This document shows, in pieces, positions 13,717 to 26,820 of a stretch of DNA of 64,000 nt. This stretch comes from the human T2T-CHM13v2.0 reference genome, Homo sapiens. Within the stretch, counting starts at the first letter, position 1. The number at the start of each line of letters is the position of its first letter. The notes under the pieces were generated by a model. That model saw only the letters and a program-made list of their open reading frames with translations, ran no database searches and had not been told where the DNA came from. The stretch is taken from NCBI RefSeq assembly GCF_009914755.1, contig NC_060936.1. One strand, written 5' to 3'. Position numbers and translations under genes: made by a program.

Positions 13717-16358
13717 TAGGCCAAGCAGTAACCAGAGAGGGGCTTGAGGGGCACGGCCGAGCCTGCTGTGTGTCCCTGGCTGCAGGGACAGGCCCCCTGC
13801 ACAGGTGGGCATACCTGTTGTGCTCGGCACTCCGTCCTCCCCTTTGCCTATGCTGGCCTTGATAACATCTTTTTTCTTTATTTCCTTTCATTATAGAAGT
13901 AAATGACCCTCTGCTTGGAACCTTACCTTAGGAAAATACAGATAAGCAAAATATTAAACAATTGCTGTTCCTCCAGTATGGAATTGTCAACTCTCTACAC
14001 TCCTACTCACCAGGGACTGTCTCTCTATACCCATTTTCTCAATAGCGTAAGACACACATACACACCCACAGTGTCCCAATAAAACACACACAATTGCTTA
14101 GGCTGATATCAAGATGTATTTTTGCAAATAAAGTGGCTGACGTTAACTGGTTCCCCAGTTATGGTGTCTGTAAAAGTTGTAAATGTTCAAAATATTCCCC
14201 TAATGCCATTGCATTGTTTTTTGTTACTGACATCAGCAGTGTGTAAGTATTTCCTAGGACGCTGAATGGCACACACGCTTCTCTGTGTATGTGTTATATA
14301 TGTGTATATTTCTCTAAAAATGGGATCCTATCATTTCCCACCAGCCTTCCTACTTGACAGAATATCAATGAACATTTTGCCATGTTCTGGTGGTAAATTT
14401 AGTGCCTTGAAATGTTTTCTTTTGGAGGTTTGGGCTTGAACAATCTCATGTGGCCTCATCTGTTGAGGCAACCTGGACAGTGTCACTGGCAATTAAAATG
14501 ACAGCTGGTTTCCTCTCTCCTGGGTGGTCATTCTGAGGAGAGTTTATTCCTGTTGAAGAGGCCCTCACGCAGTCCAGCAGATAACACAAATGCCCCACAT
14601 CCCCACAGGTCTCCGGGGATTTAGGATGGGCAGGCAGACAGAATTCCAGAAGTTGATTCTGGGAGAATCAGTTCAGTTTTCCCAGAAGTGCCTCATGGGC
14701 AAAGCAGTTTCTGCCAAGCTATAAAACGGCTCACGCTGGCCCCTCCTACAGAGGAAAACCAGTGTCTCATCATTGTGCAGGTGCTGCCCCATAAAACAGG
14801 TGTGTTTGTGCCTTTGGATAACCTGTCACCAAACCTACAGTTCCTTACCATGTGCCTGCCCTTTTGTGCAGCTGCATACAGGCCCCAGAGCCAAGCAGAA
14901 GAAATGTAACCCTTGCCCAGGAGTGGATGTGACCACGACCATGCTTCTCTTAAATGTAAAGCAAGCAGAGCATCCAGGGGTTTCCTGTGTCCTCCGCCCC
15001 TCCCCGCTCGCAGGAGCGGGAAAGCTTCCCTCCCTCCTTTCACCCACCTGAATTTGCAGCGGGCAGACCTGAGCCGGCCTAAATTGGGATGCACAGATAC
15101 TTCTGTGTCTGTCCCCTTATTCTTAAAACAGGACTAACCACAGCCCCGACACACAGCATCCGTAGAGTGATTGGATGAGGTTGCATTCAGGGAATGCTCG
15201 TCACAGTGTGGAAACACAAAAATGCTTCCTGCATTGATGCTGCTATGGTTTTTATAAATAAAACATGTTAGAATAGGAATAGATCTTGTTAATACTCTTT
15301 TTAAAACTTTTTTTGATGCCCGACACACATAAACTGTCTTTGGATGGTCTCAGGAATCTCAGAACCATTTATAACAGACCCAAACCCTCAAATTGCCCCT
15401 GAGTTTTGGAGGACAGCTTGATGATGTAAGTGACAAGCCCCTGTATCCCCTAGAGAAGGGAGAACATTCTTGGCTACTGTTGAGTTAAAGTGAATGGTTT
15501 CTTGGGACACTCCTGTGCAAGTTTATCACTTAGATTTCCAGGCTGGTCAGATGCCTCTCTCCAGGCACGAGCTAGCACATTTGCAGGAATAACGCAGGGG
15601 CTGCCGCTTGGAGAACGCCGGGAGTTCCCAGGGGGTAGCAGGGAAGTGTGGCTGGCTGCCCACAGGCCCCACTTGGGCTGCCGGCACCTCAGCCTGCTCT
15701 GCAGCCTCACTGGCTCTGGGGCCTCATTTTTGTCAGTGTGCTGAGAGGTTATTAGTCTCTTGCACAGGGTCCCCCGGGGCCCCAGCACATAGACCACTCT
15801 AAATCAGCAGGCCCAGGGCTCAGGTGACTGCACCTGTGCAGTCCCCTCTGCATGAATAAGGAGCCGGCAGGATGCCAAGTGCAAGGCCAGTGAGTGCGGG
15901 TCTCCCGGGCTCCCTCTGTTCGCACCACGTGCAGTGGGTGCCACCAGCCTCCGCCTCGCCCTCACCGTCTCCCATTTTCTCCTCACATGGTCTCTCTGTG
16001 GGAGGGTGTCAGCTGCTGCTCTGTTCCTCTTAACAATCCCACAGGAGACCTGCCTCTCGGGGACGCCTCACCAGTGCCCTGGCTGGGCATTTGTGCTGTT
16101 CCTACTCTGCAGTCACACGTGCTCTCACAAGTGGCCAGTCGCACCTATTGGGTATGGGTTTCATGTGTCTTAGTCCCCGAGAGCAGCACCCTTGAGAGAG
16201 ATGTATGGCGTGTGCCAGTTTTGGGGCCAGATCCACCCCGCCACTCCATACGGCTGGCTAGACAGCAGTTACAACACGGTAACAGACAGAGCAAACACGT
16301 GCTACACAGCTGCAAGGGCCCGTCCTGGAAGAGCAGGAGCCTGCCCCGTCCCCACTGA

Positions 16359-17030
<672 letters not shown>

Positions 17031-17351
17031 TGATGCAGTTTGAGCCCGTGATGCCACCTTGTACAGGAAGCTACACAGTCCTCGGCCTCCATGCTTAAGG
17101 GAAAGTTGGCCCAAGTCATGGTCTGCCACCGGCCACAGCACCGGTGAGGAGGGAGGAGTGCATTCAGAAATGTTTGGGCACCTAACAGTTTTTACAGCAT
17201 TCTACTTTTTGTCAATTGGTTAACCAGTAATTCGCTGTGAACCGGAAGGCCCCATTTCCAAAAGCTTACTTAGTGCAGGAATTCTCTGTGCAGGCCCCAG
17301 GGAGAAGGGGTTCCTTCTCTGGAAGCCAGTCGTCTTGTGTCTGGGGCTTGA

Positions 17352-17693
<342 letters not shown>

Positions 17694-17911
17694 CTCCTGT
17701 CCCAGCCCTGCCTCCAGGGCTCCTGGGCTGCCAGGGACCTTCAGCTCCCAGAGGCAGTGTGGTCCTGGGAATGTGACCAACATGCCAGGTGACATTGGCC
17801 CCTAGACCCTCTCTATAGCCATGAGACTCCTTGTGGCCTCAAGAAATTTAGACGCCCACGACAGCACTACACAGCATCTCCAGGTGATGCCCAAGGCACA
17901 GGGCTGCAGAA

Positions 17912-17917
17912 AATAAA
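17912..17917 (+). terminator. Candidate proximal polyA signal AATAAA of UBE3B
   Basis: Canonical hexamer about 220 nt after the stop codon; downstream element only modest. Confidence 0.4.
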
Positions 17918-19588
17918 CCTCCAGATTCCACCAACACGGGTCCATTCTTCCTGGTGATGGCAGAGGGGCTTCTTTTAGCTAGTTTGATCTTTTGGGAGTC
18001 TGTCTTTCCTTAGCCGTCTGAGTGAGCTGTGTATGAACAAGTCCCAGGAGTTCCAAGAGTCTAGAGTGGTTTTTGCAGCATGGGTTGAGTGTACAAAGCC
18101 TACTGTGCGTGAGATCCTCTCCTTCCGTTTCTGAAATCTCTTACTCAGGTAAGGCCTCGCCAAGCCTCTATGCACCCCACAAAGTTTCTGCCTCCATGCC
18201 GTCCACAGCGCCTCTTCCCAGACAGCCAGGCCCATCTGCTGCCCAGGGAAGCGCAGGCGCCTGCTAGGGACGCTATGGACACCATGAGTCCAAGGCGCTG
18301 CTCCTGCCTTGAAGCCACGCGCTCCACGCCGCGGCCCTCCCATTTTCTGCGTCCTCAGCGGGCTGAGCTGCCAGAGAGCCTTCCCGGACCTATTCCCGTC
18401 CTATGCATTCACATTGGCATCCTGGTTTGGGGGAAGAAAAACAACGGCCCTTAGCAGCAGCCCCGTTTCCAGAATGTGCTGCCTGTTCCCCAAAGCCTGC
18501 TTGTCCCGCGGAGGACGGCTGCCTTTGACCCTGCTTATTTGTCTCACTGGTTATCTAATGAGGAACAAACACTAACCTAAGGTACACATCCCATCTGGGC
18601 GGTGGCTTCACTCCTGAGTCTGCAAAATCCCAGGAAACTTGGGTCTTGCTGCCCATCCTTCCTCAGCACAGGGAACCCGGAAGCCCGTTGCACTGACAGA
18701 GGCTCACACCCTCTGGGTTTTTTGTTTTTTTTTTAAACTTCATTTCTCTTCCAACCCATTGTGTTCCTCTGCCCTCATTCTTTACCTTTGTTGTAAGAAC
18801 TTTAGCTCCAGGGAACTGAGGCAGAGGCCCTGTTTGTGGTCTGTGTTGACAGCCACCCACCCTCTCCCACCTCATGCTCCTGCACCTGCACCACCAAGGT
18901 TGATGCCGGATTCGAAGCCAGGAAGGCCCAGTCCCTCCTCTGCTCTCCTCAAAGACGCAAAACATTTTCCAACAAGAGCTGTCACAGTGGCAGCAAAGCA
19001 GGGGCCACCCGTCTCCACAGTCCTTCAGAGTTTCAGCTGCATCCTGGTGTCCCACCCAGGTCGAGCCCCCAGGCTTCTGGAAAACAGTGTGTGCTCTACT
19101 TTGATGGAAACATGGCAAGGAATTTAAAGACAGGAATGTATTAATATTATTGAAGGTGTGTTCGTAACCTCTGATTCTGTGGACTTGCCACTTTCTCCAA
19201 ACGCTCGGTTCCTTTGAAGATTTCTTCTGAACGTGTGTGCGCACGCTGGGCGGGTTCGTGCATACATGCGGGGACCCCAGACTGTCAGCACAGGGAAGAT
19301 GGATCCCATCCTAATTTTTATCACCTGAAGGTTGGAACCAGTGAGGGACTGGGAGAGAGTGATTTATAAGCACCAATATCAACTTCATGTGGATTTTTGA
19401 CGAGGGGTAGTTTGTAATTTCATTTAAATTCTTTTCAGCAGCTGGAAATATTGCACTATCTGAAACACTGAATCTCCTTTTGTAACTGGTGTTCACTGAC
19501 ACCTTGATGGCTCTTGATGGCTCTAAAAAGTTGTAGGATTTTTTGTTTTTGTAGCTAACTTATGGATTGAGATGTGATCAAAGGCTTT

Positions 19589-19594
19589 ATTAAA
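19589..19594 (+). terminator. Main UBE3B polyA signal ATTAAA
   Basis: Variant hexamer with several upstream TGTA motifs (19481-19553) in a T-rich context. Confidence 0.7.
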
Positions 19595-19926
19595 TTTGTA
19601 CTTCAGCATATGATGGCTGCGTTCTGCATTTCATTCCGCCATATGCCTGGACCGTTCACACTTGGGTATCTGGGCTTAGGGAGCATGTAGGCTTCCACAA
19701 TGGAGGGAAGATGTGGAGGGGCGCAGAGCACATGTCCTCATCTCCCCAGCCAGAGTTCAGGGATGTTGGCAGTCTGTCCTATTTGCTTCCAATTGTGTTT
19801 CAAGAAGTAACACATTTCAGATGAGCACCCTCTATGGGCCCATCCCTCTCACCCACTTCCCAGAGGCAGCTGTCACCATAGGTTGGGTGTATATCTTTGC
19901 AGTCCATGTTTTACACAGTAATATTC

Positions 19927-20057
19927 TTTTTTTGTTTTTTTGAGATGGGGTTTTGCCATGTCACCCAGACCAGTCGCGAACTCAGGGGCTCAAGTGATCC
20001 GCCCACCTTGGCTTCCCAAAGTGCTAAGATTACCGGCATGAGCCACCATGCCCAGCC
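19927..20057 (-). mobile_element. Alu monomer (FLAM-like)
   Basis: Left-arm-only match with T tail. Confidence 0.85.
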
Positions 20058-20610
20058 AGTAGTAACTTTCAAAAGTGATCAACGGATGTTGAACAAACCC
20101 AGATAAGTGTCTGGAGTGAAATTTTACAGCTACTTCTGGGTGTGCCAGGCGTTGTTCCCTTAGTGAGGATTGCACTTGCTGTCTCCCCACAGGACACGCA
20201 GCCGTTCTCACTGCATTCCCCAGCCAGGTTTCCTCCGCACCAGGAGCCCAGGTCAGACCTGCCAGGTGTTTGCCCCGCCTTGGTGCTTCTGTCCTGACCC
20301 TCGGCAGCTCTGATGTCCCAGTGGCTTCTCGCTGCTCCCCTGGCCTGGGAAGCCCCTGAGGATCAGAGCACAAACTTGGCTTGTTAGGATCCAGTCAGGA
20401 AAGAACCCTGGAGAGGCTTGTGGCCTCTCTGGAAGTCAGATGTCTCAACACCCAAGAAGAATTCATGCACGCAGGCGTCCTCACAAGGAGCGTTCATGTA
20501 ACTAAAAGAAAAAACAGTGTAACCACCTGCCTCCCCAAAACACACATCGCCAGCCTCCAGTGTGAGGCACACCCACCTAAAACTAAAGCTTTATTCTGTG
20601 ACATTCTGGC

Positions 20611-20908
<298 letters not shown>

Positions 20909-21642
20909 AACATTCTGGCTTTTACTTACAAGTTATCACTACAAAGAGAAAGGATGTCTTTATAACCAGGAAAAATAAGTGAGTTTTTAAAATTATTTAA
21001 ATGGAAATATAATTGTAATATGCTGACAGAACTTGCAAGTGCCTAAGAATAATTAGCTGGAACAGAGTTTGAGAAGCGCTGGCCTCCACTCTTCTGACAG
21101 CAGCAGAGCCTGTTAGCAGACAAGGCACTGCTGAAAGCCATAGGGTCTGGACAGCTGGGTTCTCGCCAAGCTTGGCGAGTAAATCCAGGACCCCCTTAAG
21201 CCTCAGGCTTATCTCCTGGAAACTTATCAAATTGGCCAGAGTGGCCGGAGAACTGTGGAAGTGGTTCCTTCAGTGCTGTTTTCCAAGAAGCAGAGCGTGG
21301 GCTCTGGAATCGCAGAGATGTGTGAGCAAACCCCAACCCTCCACTTCCTGCCCCACGTGGAGGGCAGCCTCCCTGTGTGTTCCTTATCTAGAACACAGGA
21401 ATCTTGATGTCCCCTCCAGAGCACGTGAGGATTAAATGCAGTTACATATGACGCACCCAGCGCAGCACCTGGCACCAAGTACGCATCCGTTAGTCCTCTT
21501 CCTACATTTCCTCACCTTTCACTTTAAGAAAACAGGGCTGCCCATGACCCTGGAGATCAGGCTCGGATTAAGCTTCCAGAGTGGCTCCTGCTGCTGCTGA
21601 TGATCCCAGCAGGGTGAGGAGATGCTGGATGGAGAGCAGTTA

Positions 21643-22227
<585 letters not shown>

Positions 22228-23100
22228 TCAGAATGGCATCCTTTGCTTCACGGCAGTCATCCTGACTGTTACACTTGTTGAGAGCATGTGCTCCAGAGCC
22301 CCAGCTGAGTGCAGATCTTACGAGGGCATTAGAGAGAGCAAGAGCCTCAGAGCATCCTGCCGCTGGGTGCAAACCCCAGCTCTGCCGCCCACGATCTGGG
22401 AGGCCGGTGGAAAGTTTCCTGGCCCCTCAGACCTGCAGTTTCCTCTTCCATGAAACGAGGATAGCAGCACCCACCATGCAGTCTTGCCGTGAACCACAGA
22501 GAAATGGGCTGAAAAGCCCCAGTCTGTGCCATCTATGAGCCATCAATGACTCATGGCTGTGATAACGGTCATTATTTTGTTCCAGGGATCGAATTGACAT
22601 TCCTTCTGGAGTTTGTTTTTGAAACTCCTTGCAAGACGCTTTGGCTGACGTTAACAGGACATCCCGGGGATCCTCTGCTGGGCTTCGCTCAGCCCCTGGT
22701 GTGCAGGCTCCCTGTGTGCCCACACCCCAGCTATTCCCGAGCTTCCATTATGCACTGGGGGCAGCAGCTCCTCCACCCGGGGACCAGCAGTTGCAGTTCC
22801 ATCATGCTTTTCTTACCGTGACAGTCCAAGTGTTTTCTGAGCTGTAGGGAGACTCAAAGCCTTGGGCATACTGGGATGGGGTCTGTGTCAGCTTATAGAC
22901 CTTCCACCGAGAGAGCCAGCCTGCTGGAGCCCACCAGCAACGACAGAGAAACCTCTCTGAAGATGTGCCCTGCCTCCTTGACCCCAGAGAATCCTGCAGA
23001 GGAAGCTGAAAGCGTTCATTCTGCTGCCGAAGTCTTCTGCTCCTTGGCTGCCCCAGGCCCTGAGTCTGCCTAGATGTATGTGCAGGGTTTGGGTGGGGGA

Positions 23101-23422
23101 TTTTTGGTTTTTGTTTGTTTGTTTTTTGAGACAGGGTCTTGCTGTGTTGCCCAGGCTGGATCAAGATTGCCCAGGCGCAATCTTGGTTCACTACAACCTC
23201 CGCCTCCGAGGCTCAAGCAATCCTCCCACCTCAGCCTCCCAGGTAGCTGGGACCACAAGTGTGCATCACCACAACCGGCTAGTTTATTTTGTATTTTTTA
23301 TAGAAACAGGGTTTTGCCATATTGCCCACGCTGGTCTTGAACTCCTGGGCTCAAGCAATCCACCTGCCTTGGTCTCCCAAAGTTCTGGGATTACAGGCAT
23401 GAGCCATTCACTGCACCGGGCC
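23101..23422 (-). mobile_element. Alu (AluJ-like), TSD TATGTGCAGGGTT
   Basis: Alu consensus; TSD at 23077 and 23426. Confidence 0.92.
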
Positions 23423-23716
23423 CCCTATGTGCAGGGTTACCAGGCAGGCTGCCTTCTCCAAATGCTTCTAAATCTGGTTTTTATGGGGCCATGGCAGTGG
23501 CCACTGAGTAAAGGAAGACACTTGTCGGAATGGCACATGGATGTTTAAAAAACTCAGTGTTCTGGAAACCCAGTGTCCTTGGCCTTCAGACCACGGGCAT
23601 GTGAAAGAGAAGCTATTGTGAAGTCATTCTGGCCCTTCCAGGACTGCCCCTCACACAGAGTCCTAAACTAGCCTGCCTTATGCTGGGGAGGGACAAGTTA
23701 TTTTACAACAAGAACA

Positions 23717-23760
23717 TTGTAGCCAGAACTTGTGTGTTGTAGCCAGAACTTGTGCTGTTG
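23717..23760 (+). repeat. 20-bp tandem duplication
   Basis: TTGTAGCCAGAACTTGTG twice with period 20. Confidence 0.9.
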
Positions 23761-24520
23761 CAAAGAGCAGAAGCTGGCAGACCAGCTCAGAGCCAGAGCA
23801 GGTGGTGAGGAGGTATGAGAGCGGCTCTGGGACCCACGCAAGAAGTGCGGTGGGCGGGAGCTGAGGTGGTCCTCTCCTCCTCTTGGGCCACATGAGCCCT
23901 TCTCTGCACGTCTCTGGCTCCAGCGTCCCCATGAACTGCCTCTGAGTCCACCATCCTTGCAGCTATGCAGCCTTGCGCTCCTGGGGCCTCTAGCCAAACC
24001 ACTGCTGCATCCCTCAGACCATGTTCCAGCGTGGTCCACCTGCCTGCGGCTGAGTGGCCTTCAGCTAGGGTCCCCTCACTAGTCTGGTCAGCTCTGATGA
24101 GACAGGCTAGGATCCTGCAGGCAGCAGGGGCTGTAGACACAGCAGTTCCCAGATAAAGAGGCCGCAGAAGACCAAGCAGTGACCCAGGCCGGTGACGGGC
24201 AATGTGGACTAGTGGTCAAGGGCACAGGCCTTGACCTTGGACCTGTACTTGAGCTCGGATCACCACACCCACCCTCAGTGACTTGAGAGTAGGCAGCATT
24301 TCACTTCTCGGAGATTCATTTTCCCCAGCTGTAAAGTAGTGAATAACAGTTCCTGCCTGCCATGAGGATTAAACGAGGTCACATCTGTTAAGCACCTGGC
24401 AAATTATAGTTGCCCAGTAAATGCTATCTCCCCTTCTTCCTTGGCCTTGGGGCCAGGCAGGGTGGAGTATTGGGTCAGAAGGTAACTCTCATTGCTGTTC
24501 TAAAACAATTCCATTGGCTC

Positions 24521-24965
24521 CTATATTGGTTTCCCATGGCTGCTGCAACAAATCACAACAAGCCGGGTGGCTTAAAACAACGGAAATGTATTCTCCTCGG
24601 ACAGTTCTGGCCAGAAGCCTGAAATCAAGGTGCCCACAGGCAGCACTCCCTCTGGAGGCTCTGGGGAGAAGCCTGCCCTGCCTCTTCTAGCTTCTGGTGG
24701 CCCCTGCGTGCTTGGCTGTAACTGTATCACTCCCATCTCTGCCTCCATCCCCATATAGTCTTCCCTCTAGGGCTTCCTCTTTCTCCTTCTCTTAGAAGGA
24801 CTTGTCCTTGAATTAGGACCCACCCTCACCCAAGATGATCTCATCTTGTGGTCCTTACCTTAATTACATCTACAAAGACCTGTTTCCAAAAAAGGTCCCA
24901 TGCACAGGTTCTGGGGGTTAGCACTTGGACAGATTGTTCAGGGGGACACCATTCAACCCACTACA
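24521..24965 (-). mobile_element. MLT1-type (MaLR) solo LTR
   Basis: Typical motifs ggctgctgcaacaaat...ggcttaaaacaac...ccttacctaattacatctacaaagacc...attcaacccactaca. Confidence 0.85.
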
Positions 24966-25381
24966 ACTGTCTTCCAGAGCAAGTGTGGCAGGAGGTGATT
25001 CTTCATGCCATGAACCACCACATGCTCACAGATCCTAAACAATCTCATAGGGTGAGCGGGTGAAAAGGAGAATTGCTTATTCAAGGACGGGAAATATTTG
25101 GCGCCTGTGTCATCACTGCCTCCTCCTCACCCATGGCAGACATTACTAATTGATTCCTGCACTGTGTCTTCATGTGCTGCTTTCAGCAGTCCATGGGTAT
25201 GGGCCTGGGAAGCTAAACCTGTTTGCCATTTCCTGGCTTATGTCTTGTCTCAAAAGTGTAGTAGAAATAATAATAGTCATAATTAACATTTACTCAGGTG
25301 CCAGCCACTTTTTCTTGGAATATGTCACCAAATCCTCTCAATAGCTCTGAGATCATACTATTAATCCCATCCTCAAGATGG

Positions 25382-25810
25382 TGTATGGGTTGAATTCTGT
25401 CCCAAAAAAGATGCATCCTAACCCCCACTACCTCAGCATGTGGCCTTATTTGGAAATAGGGTTGTTGTAGATGTAACTAGTTCAGATGAGGTCATATAGG
25501 AGTAGGGTGGGACCCTAATCCGATGTGACTGGTGTCCTTACAGAAAGAGAGGACTCGGCCATGTGAAGACAGAGGCAGAGACTCAAGTGGGGAACCTTCA
25601 GGCCAAGGAACGCAGGGATTTCCAGCCATCACCCATAGCCAGGAGAGAGGCTAGGAACAGATTCTCCTTCACAGCCTGGAGAGGAACCAACCCTGTGAAT
25701 CTCTTGATTTCAGACTTAACAACTTCTAGAATTGTGAGAGGATGAATGTCTGCTGCTTAAGTCCCCGAGTTTATGGTGCTTTGTTCCGTCAGCCACAGGA
25801 AACTAGTATA
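25382..25810 (+). mobile_element. MLT1-type (MaLR) solo LTR
   Basis: tgtatgggttgaatt...ccttatttggaaatagggt...gtgaagacagaggcagag...ggaaactagtata. Confidence 0.85.
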
Positions 25811-26289
25811 GATTTTGAGACCAGACAGATTTGTCACACACCCAAGGTCACATGTTTGGAAGAGGTCAAACCAGGATTTGAACTTGGGCTGGTGGGCATC
25901 ACAGGAACCGGCAGCTGCTGCTCAGCCCCAGCAGCTGGCCGCCCTGCCCAGGCTAGATACCATGTGGCCAGGCTCCCCACTTTTCAAAAGAAGCCACAAA
26001 TTCCAATGTCTGTGAAATCTCCAGATTTAAAAATTGTTGGCAGATTGAAAATCTGAAACACCACTGTTCAGGCCTCGGGAAATACAGAAGGGCTGCGTGT
26101 GCGTGTGGCTTGTCTGAACACTGCAGATGTGTCAGACACTGGAGCCAAACAGTCTCCACAGTGTAGAGTGACAGGTGGAGCTGGACAAGATGATGTTCAC
26201 TGGAATAATCCACGGACCTGTCACCAGGTGCCAGAAACCAGCCTCATGCAGACAGGCTCCAGGGGAGTGGCTCGGCACGGGGTCAGCGG

Positions 26290-26820
26290 GCTGGTAACAC
26301 AGCAGGACTCGGCTGAGGCCCTAACGGTTTGGGGTTGCATTAATTGTGGGAGAGTGTCTAGAGTGAAGGAGGTAATAGTCCTATTCTGTTCTCTGTGGCT
26401 CACACCCTACCTGGAATCGATCCTTTGTTTCTCTCCAGGAGCCACACTTTAAGAAGGATGCAGGAGGCTGGGCGTGGTGGCTCACGCCTGTAATCCCAAC
26501 ACTTTCGGAGGCAGATGGATGACTTGAAGTCAGGAGTTCGAGACCAGCCTGGCCAACATGGCGAAACCTCGTCTCTACTAAAAACACAAAAATTAGCCCG
26601 GCATGGTGGCAGGCACCTGTAGTCTCAGCTACTCTGGAGGCTGAGGCAGGAGAATCACTTGAACCCGGGCGGCAGAAGGTTGCAGTGAGCTGAGATTGCG
26701 CCACTGCACTCCAGCCTGGGTGACAGAGCTAGATTGTCTAATAAAAAAAAAAAGTGGGGGGTAGCAGGAAAAACTAGCCCATAGCCAGAGATGGTACCAT
26801 AAGGAGGGTTGGAGCGGGCC
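26290..26820 (+). mobile_element. L3/CR1 LINE relic interrupted by an Alu
   Basis: ttggggttgcattaat...gtgtctaga...gaggtaatagtcct...ccacactttaagaaggatg resembles CR1 3' ORF2. Confidence 0.6.
26466..26753 (+). mobile_element. Alu
   Basis: Alu consensus. Confidence 0.93.

Larger units (their letters stand above)
17694..19612 (+). other. UBE3B: UBE3B 3' UTR (end approximate)
   Basis: Follows the stop codon; ends shortly after ATTAAA at 19589 with T/GT-rich sequence downstream. Confidence 0.7.
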
